Positions 48,602 to 58,654 of a DNA stretch of 64,000 nt are shown piece after piece (position 1 is the first letter of the stretch; the number at the start of each line of letters is the position of its first letter). Origin of the DNA: Ctenodactylus gundi (lineage: Eukaryota); the NCBI GenBank assembly GCA_048771875.1, contig CM109696.1, positions 72,824,529 to 72,888,528 of the forward strand. The letters run 5' to 3'. The translations under genes and the position numbers were made by a program. Under the pieces are notes generated by a model. The model was not told where the DNA came from, searched no databases, and saw only the letters and a program-made list of their open reading frames with translations.

Positions 48602-49496
48602 AGCTTTGATTACAGGTGTGCACCACCATGCCCGGGCTTTATGTGGTGCTGGGAAATTGAACTCAGGGCCTTGAACTTGCTAGGCAAGCACTTAACCACT
48701 TAGCTGTTTCTTCAGCTCCACCCAAGAAGAAACTTAAAGGCTTAAATATGGCTCAGTGGTAGAGGACTTGCCTTGAATACATGAAATTCTGGGTTCGATT
48801 TCTAGCATTGCAAAACAAGCCAAAAACTAAGTTAAAAAGAAGCATACAAGCTGGGTATGGTGGCATATACCTGTAATCCTAGTACTCTGGGAGGATCACA
48901 TGTTGAAGTCCAGCCTGGGCGTTTTAGCAATTTAGTGAGAACCTGTCCTAAAATAAAAAGGACTGAGGATATAGTCAGTGCAAAGACTATGAGTTCACTC
49001 CCCAATTCTTAAAGAAGAAAAGGAAAGAAAATGAGAGAAAAAAGGAGACTTTTCTATGCAGGACCAAAACCCAAAAGCTATTTTATAAAACTAATTCAAG
49101 TCAAGCATGGCAGCACATGCCACTAATCCCACCATCCTGGAGGCTGAGGTTGAAGGATCATGAGTTCAGGGCCAGCCTGGACTACATAGGGAGTACAAAA
49201 GCAGCCTTGGCTATATGGCGAGATCTTGTTCTCAAAAACAAAACAAGAAAACAAAAATAGATATTTGTATAATCAAAAACACAAAATCTCCCATCACCTG
49301 CCTTGGGAAGAATAAACAGTTTCACTTTGACTGTGAAGAGTCTTCTGAATGCTAGAAGTCCATAAGGTCTTGAGTGAGGGCAGGTGCAGTCGGCATTGTG
49401 TTTATGCTGGGACCTTACTTGAATGAGGAAGGAGCTAGGGACAGCAGTGCAGCTTGGGTAGACAGTAATAAAAAAACAGTAATAGCTGATAACGTT

Positions 49497-49501
49497 TTAT
49501 T

Positions 49502-49544
<43 letters not shown>

Positions 49545-49552
49545 TTTTGAGG
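49497..49552. repeat. (TTTA)n microsatellite, followed by an antisense ID–B1 SINE at 49545-49780
   Basis: tttatttatttattta.. read directly. Then ttgaggcaaggtctcactctgtagctcaggctggtcc ... gacaagctctttaacctctaatccattcctccagcccc. Confidence 0.8.
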
Positions 49553-49789
49553 CAAGGTCTCACTCTGTAGCTCAGGCTGGTCCTGAACTCACTGTGGAGT
49601 CCAGGCTGGCCTTGGACTCAAGGCAATCCTTCTGTCTCAGCCTCCTGAATACTGGGATTACAGGAGTACACCAAAACACCCAGCTTATGTGGTGCTGGGG
49701 AATCGAACTCGGGTACTTAGCATTTGATTTAGCAGTTGCTAGACAAGCTCTTTAACCTCTAATCCATTCCTCCAGCCCCTTATTTAATT

Positions 49790-50300
49790 TTTAAAACATA
49801 TTTATTTTCTCTATTCTTCTTAGTATATATGTGATATACAGTGATTCAGTTGAGTTGAGAACTTGTGCAGATACATATTGGGTCAATTTCACAATCCCTT
49901 CGCTTCCCCCATTTTTGTCCTCCCCTACCCCATCCCCCTCTAACTCCCAACAATTTCATCCACTCGACTCCATTATTTATTTGTATTCTGGGTTTCTTAC
50001 GTTAGAGAAACCATGTGATATTTAACCTTCTGAATCTCATTTCACAAAGCATGATGGTCTTAAGTTGTGTCTATTGACCTACAAATGCCTTGAATCTGTC
50101 GGTCTTTATGGTGGAGTAGTACTCCACTGTGTGCATGTCACACATTTTTTTGTAGCTGTTAGTCTATTGCTGAATGTTTCAGCATCTTCCACAATTTAGC
50201 TGTGCTGCTGTAAACACCTGAATCTCTGTTATATGTTGCTTTTAACTCTTTAGGAAAGATATCCAGAAGAGGTATCCATGGATCAAATGGAATATTTATT
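49790..50300 (-). mobile_element. 5'-truncated antisense L1 3' end. An antisense ID–B1 SINE follows at ~50315-50524.
   Basis: ..ttagagaaaccatgtgatatttaaccttctgaatctcatttcacaaagcatgatggtcttaagttgtgtc.., as in the other L1 3' fragments. Confidence 0.6.
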
Positions 50301-51072
50301 TTGACCTTTTATTCTTTTGAGATAGCATTCACTCTGTAGCCCAGGCTGGTCCTAAACTCACTGTGTAGCATAGGCTGGTCTCAAACTCACAGCAATCCTC
50401 CTGCCTCAGCCTCCCAAGTGTTGGGATTACAGGTATTGGCCACCATGCCTGGTTTATGTGTTGCTGGAGAATTGAATTGCACTTGTTAGACAAGCGCTTT
50501 ACCACTGTGTCATTCCTCCAGCCCATATTTTTGGCTTTTTGAGGAATCTCCATACTGCTTTTCATAGTGGTTGTAAGCTGATGATATTTTAATGGCAGGC
50601 AGAGCTCTGCTCATGCTCAAGCCTTGGTATCCTCAGGGAATTTCTTCTCAGACAACCTCATATATGAAAATGTTTAGATGCACACAAGTCTTATGTAAAA
50701 TGTTGTAGTATTTGCATAGAACTTGTATAATTGTTTCTATATTCATCAAATTATCGCTAGATGACTTAATGCAATGTGAATACCATGTGAATAGCTGTTA
50801 TGCCATATTGTTTAGGAAATGGTAACTGGAAAAAAAAGTCTGGTCTGGAAAAAAAAAAGTCTGGTTTGTACATGTTCAGTGGAGATAAACTTATTTTTTC
50901 AACAATTTTCAGCTCATGTTTGATTGAATCCACAGATAGGGAACCCACATATCCACGGGGCCAATTGTCCCTTGATGTGCATTTTTAATTAATACCTGTC
51001 GGCTGCAATTATGAGGCTATAATAAAAGATTCCTTTTTATGGCAAATCATTATAATACTTTTCCTTTTTCAG

Positions 51073-51168
51073 GGGTTTGCTTTTACCCAAAGTAGTTGAG
51101 GACCGTGGCATCCACAGAACAGACATTGGAAATCTTGGCAGTGGGATCTACTTCAGTGACTCCCTCAG
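51073..51168 (+). CDS. PARP4: PARP4 exon 12, encoding (R)GLLLPKVVEDRGIHRTDIGNLGSGIYFSDSL(S)
   Basis: Acceptor ttcctttttcag|G and donor CTCAG|gttggt. The exon is 96 nt. It matches human GLLLPKVVEDRGVQRTDVGNLGSGIYFSDSLS. Confidence 0.85.
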
Positions 51169-51415
51169 GTTGGTGTGGTCCATCTACTAAGGATTTGCTG
51201 TGTACTTCCTTTGATCTTTCCTTGGTGAGGGAGTTTCTCACCCATGAGAGAGAGCATTGAAAGAAACCAGTGTACTAGAGAAGGATGTCTTTCATGGCAA
51301 CTGTCTAGAGAAATCATGTTTCAGATCATCTTGGTGAGTTGAATCTGTTAAGAGCTTTTACATATATGTTCTCTGAATCCTTAGAACAGTACCCTGAAAT
51401 AAGTCCTCTTTTACC

Positions 51416-51600
51416 ACTGTATCACAGGATACTGGGGGCCTTCCCTCTGGGTACTCACCCACTGTACCACAGATGGAGACAAAGGACACTGGAGGCCTTC
51501 TCTCAGGGTGCTCACCCACTGTACCACGGATGGGGACACTGGACTCTGGGGCCCTTCCCTGTGGGTGCTCACCCACAGCAAGATGCAGGGGACTTTGGCC
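51416..51600. repeat. 57-bp minisatellite, ~3.5 copies, in intron 12
   Basis: The units are 51416-51460 (45 bp), 51461-51517 and 51518-51574 (57 bp each), and a partial unit at 51575-51600. Each is actgtaccacRgatggRgaca..ggRctctggRgccttccctNtgggtRctcaccc. Confidence 0.8.
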
Positions 51601-51710
51601 TTTGCAGTCTCTGTGGAAAGCCAGCAGCCCCCAGCTACACTTAGAGGTCTCTCCTTATCATTTCCTAAGCATTTATGTCATAAATTCCTACATCCAAATA
51701 CTACAAAGTA

Positions 51711-51931
51711 AGGGGCTGGAGGAATGGCTCAGCAATTAAAACTTATCTAGCAAGCACTAAGTACCCTAGTTCATTCCCCAGCACCATGTAAGCTGGGTGT
51801 GGTGGTGCCTGCTTATAATCCCAGCACTCTGAAGGCTGAGGCAGGAGGATTACTGTGAGTCCAGGGCCAGCCTGGGCTCCATAGTGAGTTCAGGACCAGC
51901 CTGAGCTACAGAGTGAGACCCTGTCTCCAAA

Positions 51932-51971
<40 letters not shown>

Positions 51972-52030
51972 GAAAGAGAGAGAGAGAGAGAGAAAATATA
52001 TGTATGTATGTATGTGTGTATGTATATTAT
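51711..52030 (+). mobile_element. ID–B1 composite SINE (51711-51932) ending in compound (AAAG)n, (AG)n and (TATG)n microsatellites (51933-52030)
   Basis: ggggctggaggaatggctcagcaattaaaacttatctagcaagcactaagtaccctagttcattccccagcaccatgtaagctgggtgtggtggtgcc.. then aaagaaagaaag..agagagag..tatgtatgtatg. Confidence 0.75.
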
Positions 52031-52427
52031 AAAGTAAGATATGTAGACGTTGGCATATTTTTTGTGAGCATTCAGTTAATTTTAACAAGGTTGAAGTCCT
52101 CAGTGACTGAAGCATGGCTTCAGTGAAAAACTTGTAGAAGTCCTGAAAACATAATAAATATGTGTGTTCTTTTCCTTCTTAAAAACTAAAGTCAGAGTCG
52201 AGCCAATTGTGGTGGATTGTGAACTAGTTGGGAAACAGAAGAGATGGGTTACCTCTTTGTCAAGGTGGTGGCGAGAAGAGAGGAGGTACTTAGAGAGGGC
52301 CACCCAAGGTCATGACCAGTGGGATGGAGGCATTGTGTGTGAATTACAGGGTCAGGAAGGTGCTCATAGGAGAGGGCTTTATAGCAGAAATACTGAAAAT
52401 CTTTTTTTTTTTAATTGCAAGTCTTTG

Positions 52428-52650
52428 GACTAGAGGAATAGCACAGCAGTTAGAACACTAGCAAGTGCAAGGCCCTGAGTTCAGCTCTCCAGGACTACGT
52501 ATGCTGGGCATGGTGGTGCAGACCTGTAATTCCAGTACTTGGGAGACTGAGGCAGAATTGCTGTGAGTTTGAGGTCAACCAGGGCTTCATAGTGAGTTCA
52601 AGACCAGCCTGGATAACAGAAGGAGACCCTGCCTCAAAACAAACAAACAA
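52428..52650 (+). mobile_element. ID–B1 composite SINE. A (TA)n microsatellite lies at 52724-52769.
   Basis: ggactagaggaatagcacagcagttagaacactagcaagtgcaaggccctgagttcagctctccaggactacgtatgctgggcatggtggtgcagacctgtaattccag. Confidence 0.7.
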
Positions 52651-52719
52651 ACCTGCAAGTCTTAGGGGTGGAACAAAGAAGGGTCCTCCTGATAACTCTT
52701 TGACATTTTGGTCTTGATC

Positions 52720-52771
<52 letters not shown>

Positions 52772-53455
52772 TGATAGATTCCAAAATTGTTGCCCTCCTC
52801 AAAGCATACACTGTGTTCCTAACAGGAATATGGCTTTTTTTTTTTTCTTTCTTTCTTTTGTGACAGGGTCTCTGTATGTAGTTCAGGCTGATCCTGAACT
52901 CACTGTGCTGCCCACACTGGCCTCAAACACATGTCAAACCTCCTGCCTCCGCCTCTTGAGTGCAGGTTTACAGGAGTGCACCACCATACTGGACTTAGAA
53001 AATGACTTTATTAAAGCAGCCAGTTTCTGAACAAAAGAAAATAGTCCCTAATTTGGGCATCATTAGAAGTTGTTATATCTCCATTTGATTTCATAAGATG
53101 TGTGAGATTGTAATATCTGTCTTTTCTTTTTGCCAGCTCTTACTCACTTGGTATTTAATGTCCTTTCTGAGCTTTCGTGAAAAGAATCCAATGTAATTTT
53201 TTGTAATAAACAGTGCAGGGTTTTTTCTTATTATTAACCAATCTGGTAGCATGTAGGTATTTTAGTAAATGACTAAAATTAGGATTTAGTTCTCCTCAGG
53301 ATTAAAGTGCTTTGAGCACTGCCTGGCACAACTAAGGACAATATAAATATTTGTTTTATTAATTTTTTGCAATACTGAAAATTGAACCCAGGTCCTTTGC
53401 ATTTTTGGATCCAGGCCCTGTTCTTTTTGTTTTTCTTTATTTTAGGGAGGGATCT

Positions 53456-53700
53456 CAGGCTAGAGGAATGGCACAGCAGTAAAAGCTCCTACCTAGCAAG
53501 CCCAGGGCCCTGAGTTTGATTCTCCAGCACCACATAAGCCAGTTATGGTTGTGCCTACATGTAATCCCAGCACTTGGGAGGCTAAAGCAAGAGGATTGCT
53601 GTGAACCCAAGGCTAGCCTGGGCTCCATAGTGAGTTCAGAAGCAGCCTGGGCTTACAGAGCAAGACCTTATCTCAAAAAAAAAAAAAAAAAAAAAAAAAA
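53456..53700 (+). mobile_element. ID–B1 composite SINE with A25 tail
   Basis: ggctagaggaatggcacagcagtaaaagctcctacctagcaagcccagggccctgagtttgattctccagcaccacataagccagttatggttgtgcctacatgtaatcccagcacttgggagg. Confidence 0.75.
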
Positions 53701-54470
53701 AGGAGTTGCCCAGGCCAGCTTGCACTTGCAGTCCTCCTGCCTCAGCCTTGAAGTTAGAACACTAGCAAGTGCAAGGCCCTGAGTTCAGCTCTCCTGTATG
53801 GAATTACAGGCCTGTATCACCATACCTGGCTTTATATTAAAAATTTTAAAGAGGGCTGAAGATGTGGCTCAGTGGTAGAATACTTACCTACATATGTGAG
53901 GCCCTGGGTTATCACCCCAGCACCATTGGTTAATTAACTTTAAAAGTAACTGATCAAATACATAATAAAATTCTAACTTGAATCTTTTTAGATATTTTAA
54001 TAGCAGTGCTACTTGGAATGGTTTGCCAGGAAAGTCTTTTCAGCACTACCGTATCCTTATCTGAAATACATAGGACCGAAAGTGTTTTAAATCTTCTACT
54101 TTTTCTGATCTGGGGATATTTACATTTACATAATGAGATATTTTGGGGTTAGGACCCAAAGTCTATAACATGTAAATACATATAAAATATATAAATTTAT
54201 AAAATATGTAAATATAAAATTCATTTGGGTTTCCTATATACCTTCCACACATAGCTTAAAAGTGATGTTACACACTTCTAGTGCATTTGTGTCCTACTGC
54301 AGCCCATTACATGTCATAAGGAATGGGATTTTTTGTGCATGTGCCCTACTAGTGCTCAAAAAGTTTAGTAATATTTCAGAGTTTGGATTCAGATTCCCAT
54401 TTGTGCAATAAAGTGCTGTCGACGTACACTTGTAAGTTATAAATATGTGTTTATTTCCTTTCTTACTCAG

Positions 54471-54654
54471 TACAAGCATTAAGTACTCACACCCAGGAGA
54501 GACAGATGGCTCTAGATTCCTGATTGTCTGTGATGTAGCCCTTGGAAAGTGTATGGACTTATTCAAGAAAGACTTTTCCTTGACTGAAGCACCACCAGGC
54601 TATGATAGTGTGCATGGAGTTTCGGAAACAGTCTCAGATTCTATGGACTTTGAG
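54471..54654 (+). CDS. PARP4: PARP4 exon 13, encoding (S)TSIKYSHPGETDGSRFLIVCDVALGKCMDLFKKDFSLTEAPPGYDSVHGVSETVSDSMDFE
   Basis: Acceptor tcttactcag|T and donor TTTGAG|gtatct. The exon is 184 nt. It matches human STSIKYSHPGETDGTRLLLICDVALGKCMDLHEKDFSLTEAPPGYDSVHGVSQTASVTTDFE. Confidence 0.85.
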
Positions 54655-54705
54655 GTATCTTTATACTCTTTTTTTTTCTTTTCTTTTCTTTCTTTATTTC
54701 TTTTT

Positions 54706-54931
54706 TTGGTGGGGGGCGGGGGGCGGGGAGGACAGGATCTCATTCTGTAGTCCAGGCTGGTTCTGAACTCGTTATGTTGCCCAGGCTGGCCTCAGACACA
54801 CAGCAGTCCTCCTGCCTTAGCCTCCAGAATGCTATGGTTACAGGCTTGCGCCACCACATCCAGTTTATGTAGTGCTGGGCCTTGAGCTTGCTGGTGAAAC
54901 GCTTTAACCACTGAGCTATTCCTCCAGTCCC
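54706..54931 (-). mobile_element. ID–B1 composite SINE
   Basis: ..ggacaggatctcattctgtagtccaggctggttctgaactcgttatgttgcccaggctggcc ... gaaacgctttaaccactgagctattcctccagtccc. Confidence 0.7.
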
Positions 54932-55350
54932 TGGGGGATTTTTATATCAAGAAACATAAAAGTGCTGAGCATCATGGCGCTTGCTTGTCATGTTAGTACT
55001 TAAGAGGCTGAGGGAGGAGAGTTGCTATGAGTTCTAGGTCAGCCTGGGCTACATAGTGAATTCAGGAACAGCCTAGACTACAGAGCAAGGCCCTATCTCA
55101 AAAACAGAAAAGAGAAGGAAAAGAAACAGAATGTGCTGGGAGTATAGCTTGGTGGTATAGCACCTGCCTAGAATGGGTAAGGCCTTGGGCTCAATCCCCA
55201 GCACCATTAACAAATGAAGAAGTAATGAAAGAGGCAAAGAGAGACTGGAATGCCTAAAAACAGCCATAGGTTTTTCCTATTTTTATTAAATGTGTTTTTA
55301 TTTATTTATTGTATATGAATTACTTGAGTTAGTATTCTCTAAATCATCAA

Positions 55351-55568
55351 GGGGTTGGGGTTGTAGCTCAGCAGTTTAAAAACTTGGGTAGCAAACATAA
55401 GACTCTGGATTGATTCCCTAGCACCACATAAGCTGGGTATGGTGGCACATACCTGTAATTCCAGCACTGTAGAGGCTGAGGCAGGAGGATTGCCATGAGC
55501 TCAACGCCAGCCTAGGCTACCTTCTAAGTTCAGGACCGGCTTAGACTACAAAGTGAGACCCTATCTTA
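55351..55568 (+). mobile_element. ID–B1 composite SINE
   Basis: ggggttggggttgtagctcagcagtttaaaaacttgggtagcaaacataagactctggattgattccctagcaccacataagctgggtatggtggcacatacctgtaattccagcactgtagaggctgaggc. Confidence 0.7.
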
Positions 55569-55658
55569 AAAAAAAGGTGAAATTCTGCTTTTGTGAGAAT
55601 ATCTTCTAAAGATCTGTTGCTGCTTTTTTTTAACCATCTAATAATTTATTTGTTCTAG

Positions 55659-55815
55659 GATGATGAATTTGTTGTATATAAAACCAATCAGGTTAAAATG
55701 AAATATATTATTAAATTTTGCATACCTGGAGACCAAATAAAGGACTTTCATCGTTATGATAATACTGAACTAGAGGAATACAGACCTGAGTTCTCAAATA
55801 TTTTAGAGGTTGAAG
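55659..55815 (+). CDS. PARP4: PARP4 exon 14, encoding DDEFVVYKTNQVKMKYIIKFCIPGDQIKDFHRYDNTELEEYRPEFSNILEVE(D) and carrying the catalytic Glu in DDEFVVY
   Basis: Acceptor tgttctag|GAT and donor GTTGAAG|gtaaaa. The exon is 157 nt and ends in phase 1. It matches human DDEFVVYKTNQVKMKYIIKFSMPGDQIKDFHPSDHTELEEYRPEFSNFSKVED. No further PARP4 exon was recognised between 55816 and 64000. Confidence 0.85.
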
Positions 55816-56175
55816 GTAAAACAATTTCCTGAAATTCTGTTTTGTGTGATAATATTTACAGAACTAAAACATTACATTTTCAGTGGAATTTTCAAGTATA
55901 TTCATGTTTTATAACATTACCTATGACATCATACATAAATATTTCATTTTCATTTATATTTTGACAACATTAAAGCGAGGATGCAAGAGAGGGGAAATGG
56001 CAGCAGAATGATGCTCTGACGGGGACATGCCTGTATCAAGCCTCTTCTCACAGGGGCGGCCAGTATGAAAATGCACTGTGTGTTTCTGTTTTCTCAAACT
56101 ATAATGAAATGTCTGAGGCTGAGGATATTACTCAAAAAATGTATTTAGCTCACAGTTTTAGAAGTTAAAGGACAG

Positions 56176-56400
56176 GGCTGCAGGAATAGGAGTAGCAGTT
56201 AAAACTGTTAACTAGCCTAGCAAGCTCAAGGCTCTGGATTCAATTGCCCAGCACTACACTAACTGGGCACAGTAATGCACACCTGTAATCCCAGCAGTTG
56301 GCAGACTGTGGCAGGATTTCCAGAAGTTCCAAGGTCAGCTTTGACTCCATAGGGAGTTTGAGACTAGCCTAGACAACAGAGCAAGACCCTGTCTCAAAAA
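56176..56400 (+). mobile_element. ID–B1 composite SINE
   Basis: gggctgcaggaataggagtagcagttaaaactgttaactagcctagcaagctcaaggctctggattcaattgcccagcactacactaactgggcacagtaatgcacacctgtaatcccagc. Confidence 0.65.
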
Positions 56401-57439
56401 ATGTATTTTTTTTAAAAAAAAGAAGAACATTAACAGTGGCATTAGCTTGACTCTGATAAGGACTTCATAGTGCGTGGAGTCACAGCAGAAACAGTGCAAG
56501 ACAGAGGCCAGAAGTGGGCAAGGGCCAGGAAGGGCCTTCCAGTAGACCGTGTCTCTTAAAGGCCTATGGACCCTAACATCACTGTATTGGGACTTAAGCT
56601 TCCAGGACATGAATCTTTAGGGACAAACCACATCCAAGCCATACCACCTGTGTGACCACTTTAAAGTATTGGAGTATAGGAAGTGTAATGGAAGTAAATA
56701 GGCAGAAAGCACCACATTAGAATCAGAAAGGTTGGGCTCAACGCTGACCACTCGGTAGGCTGTGGCAACTTGGGCAAATCACATAAATGAGTCTGTGTTC
56801 TAACTGCTGTCAGCTTGGAATGTCAGCAATATCAGTAGAATTAACTATTGCCCTAGGATCAAATGAGAGAAGTAAAAATAAGCCATAGCTTGTGATTACC
56901 CATTTATGTGTTAGTATCAGTGTAAGTCTTTGAAAGGATCACTTCTCAGAAAAAGAGGAGCCCCAGCTTACTTAATAAATCTGTGAAAGCATGTTAACAG
57001 CTTAATGACATATGGTGATAATCTCTGCTACAAAGAAGATTGAGGCAGGAAGATCACTTGAGTTGAATTCAAGACCAGCCTAGGAAACAAAGCAAGACCC
57101 TATCTCCAAATAAAAGGGGGAAAAATCATGTTAATGCTTTTGGTTGGGATTATATTACTTTTTATTAATTAATTTTTTTGCTATACTGGAGATCAACCTT
57201 GGGCCTGGCTTGCTAGATAAGTGCTCTATCCCTAAGCTGCTTCTTTAGTTCCAAATCACTTTTTAATCAGGAAATATAGTGGTTAGACATGGTGGTGTCC
57301 CCTGAGAATAGAGACAAGTTGACTTCTTCCCTTCCTATTTAAATTACTTTGTTTCTATATGTGATATATTATGCTCTTGATTTGCATATATTGAAACATT
57401 CTTGTAATCCCAGGATAAAGCCAACTCAATTGTGATATA

Positions 57440-58054
57440 TAATCTTTTAATGATTTACTGCATTCTGTTTGTAAGTATCTTTTTAAAGATGTTTACATCT
57501 ATGAGCATTAAGAAAACTGGGCCTATTGTTTTCTTTATTGTTGAGTCTTTGTTTGTTTGTGGTGATAGGTTATGCTTGCCTTTGAGGAACAGTCTAAGCA
57601 TTGTATTTTCCCTTTAGATTTCCTGGAAGCATTTGACAAGTGTTCTGATAATCAGCAGTGACTCTCTTAGGACCTGAGCTTCTCTTAATTGGTATTTTTA
57701 AAAATTACTGCCCCATTTTATTGCTGGTTGTTGGTTTATTCAGGATTTTCACATCTTCTTGATTCAGTTTTGGTACATATGTGGCTAGAAATTTATTTTC
57801 AGTTTATTACAACAGAAGTGTCCAGAGTAGTTCCTTTGGCTCTCAACACTGTTCGTTGATTTCACCTATTTTGTTTCTAATTGCATTGGCAGGGACTTTT
57901 GTTTCCTTCTTTTGGTAAGTTTAGCTATAATGTTATTTGTTCTTGATCTTGTTAATCTTTTCAAAGAATTAGCTTCACTATCTGTTGATATTTTGTATTG
58001 TTTCCTTTTGGTCTTGTCTCATTTCTGTTGGCAGTCCTTTTAATGTCTTCCCTT

Positions 58055-58085
<31 letters not shown>

Positions 58086-58654
58086 GAGATGGTCTCTGTG
58101 TGTAGCCCCAGGCTAGTCCTGATCTCACTATGTAGCCCAGGCTGGCCTTTGGCTTCTGGCAATCTTCCTGCTTCAGTCTCCCAAGTGCTGGGATCACAGG
58201 TGTGTGCCACCATGTCCAGCTTTCTGTGGTGCCGAGGAATCAGCTCAAGAGGGCCCTGTGCTTGCATGGCAAGCACTTTAACCTCTGTACTGGCCCTGTC
58301 TCCCCTTTCTTTAGTTTAGGGTTTATATTTTTCTTGTTTTTCTAGCACCTTGAGCTGAGTCATTATGTTGTTTATTTAGGATTGCTATATTCTTTTTGTT
58401 TCTTTTTTGTTTGTTCTAGTGTAGAAATTTACTATTCCTAAGAGAGGCTTGCCTTCATAGCTTACTTACTGTTTCTTCCTGACAGCATCTGGTATTCTTT
58501 TAGTGCTAGATACCTGGAATTTTATCATGATGTGATGGGGAGGTTCTGTTTTGGCCATGTATATGTGGGGTTCAGTAATCCTTGTTTACCTGAATGTTCA
58601 CTTCTTTTTCTGTTTTTGAATATATTTCTGCTGCAGTTTCAGCAAGTGAGCTTT
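57440..58654 (-). mobile_element. Old antisense L1 ORF2 fragment. It continues at 61443-61800 and 62027-62190. An ID–B1 SINE at 58057-58304 and HAL1-like copy 4 are inserted into it.
   Basis: Antisense L1 ORF2-like text is present: ..tttagatttcctggaagcatttgacaagtgttctgataatcagcag.., ..ttttcaaagaattagcttcactatctgttgatattttgtattg.. and ..gtagaaatttactattcctaagagaggcttgccttcatagc. Confidence 0.5.
58057..58304 (-). mobile_element. ID–B1 composite SINE with T27 head
   Basis: T27 then gagatggtctctgtgtgtagccccaggctagtcctgatctcactatgtagcccaggctggcc ... ggcaagcactttaacctctgtac. Confidence 0.75.

Noticed and set aside
50818-50872. Short tandem duplication ggaaaaaaaagtctggtctgg / gaaaaaaaaaagtctggtttg
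   Set aside because: It is a single ~20-bp duplication in an A-rich stretch, too small and simple to interpret.
57618-57662. Candidate PARP4 exon 15: it has a good acceptor (tttccctttag|ATTTCC), is in phase with exon 14, and reads ..VE DFLEAFDKCSDNQQ*
   Set aside because: Its resemblance to human DYQLPDAK is superficial. The segment is part of an antisense L1 ORF2 fragment: this and flanking sequence match typical L1 antisense text. It also ends in a stop after 15 codons. The true next exon is probably beyond the window or was not recognised.
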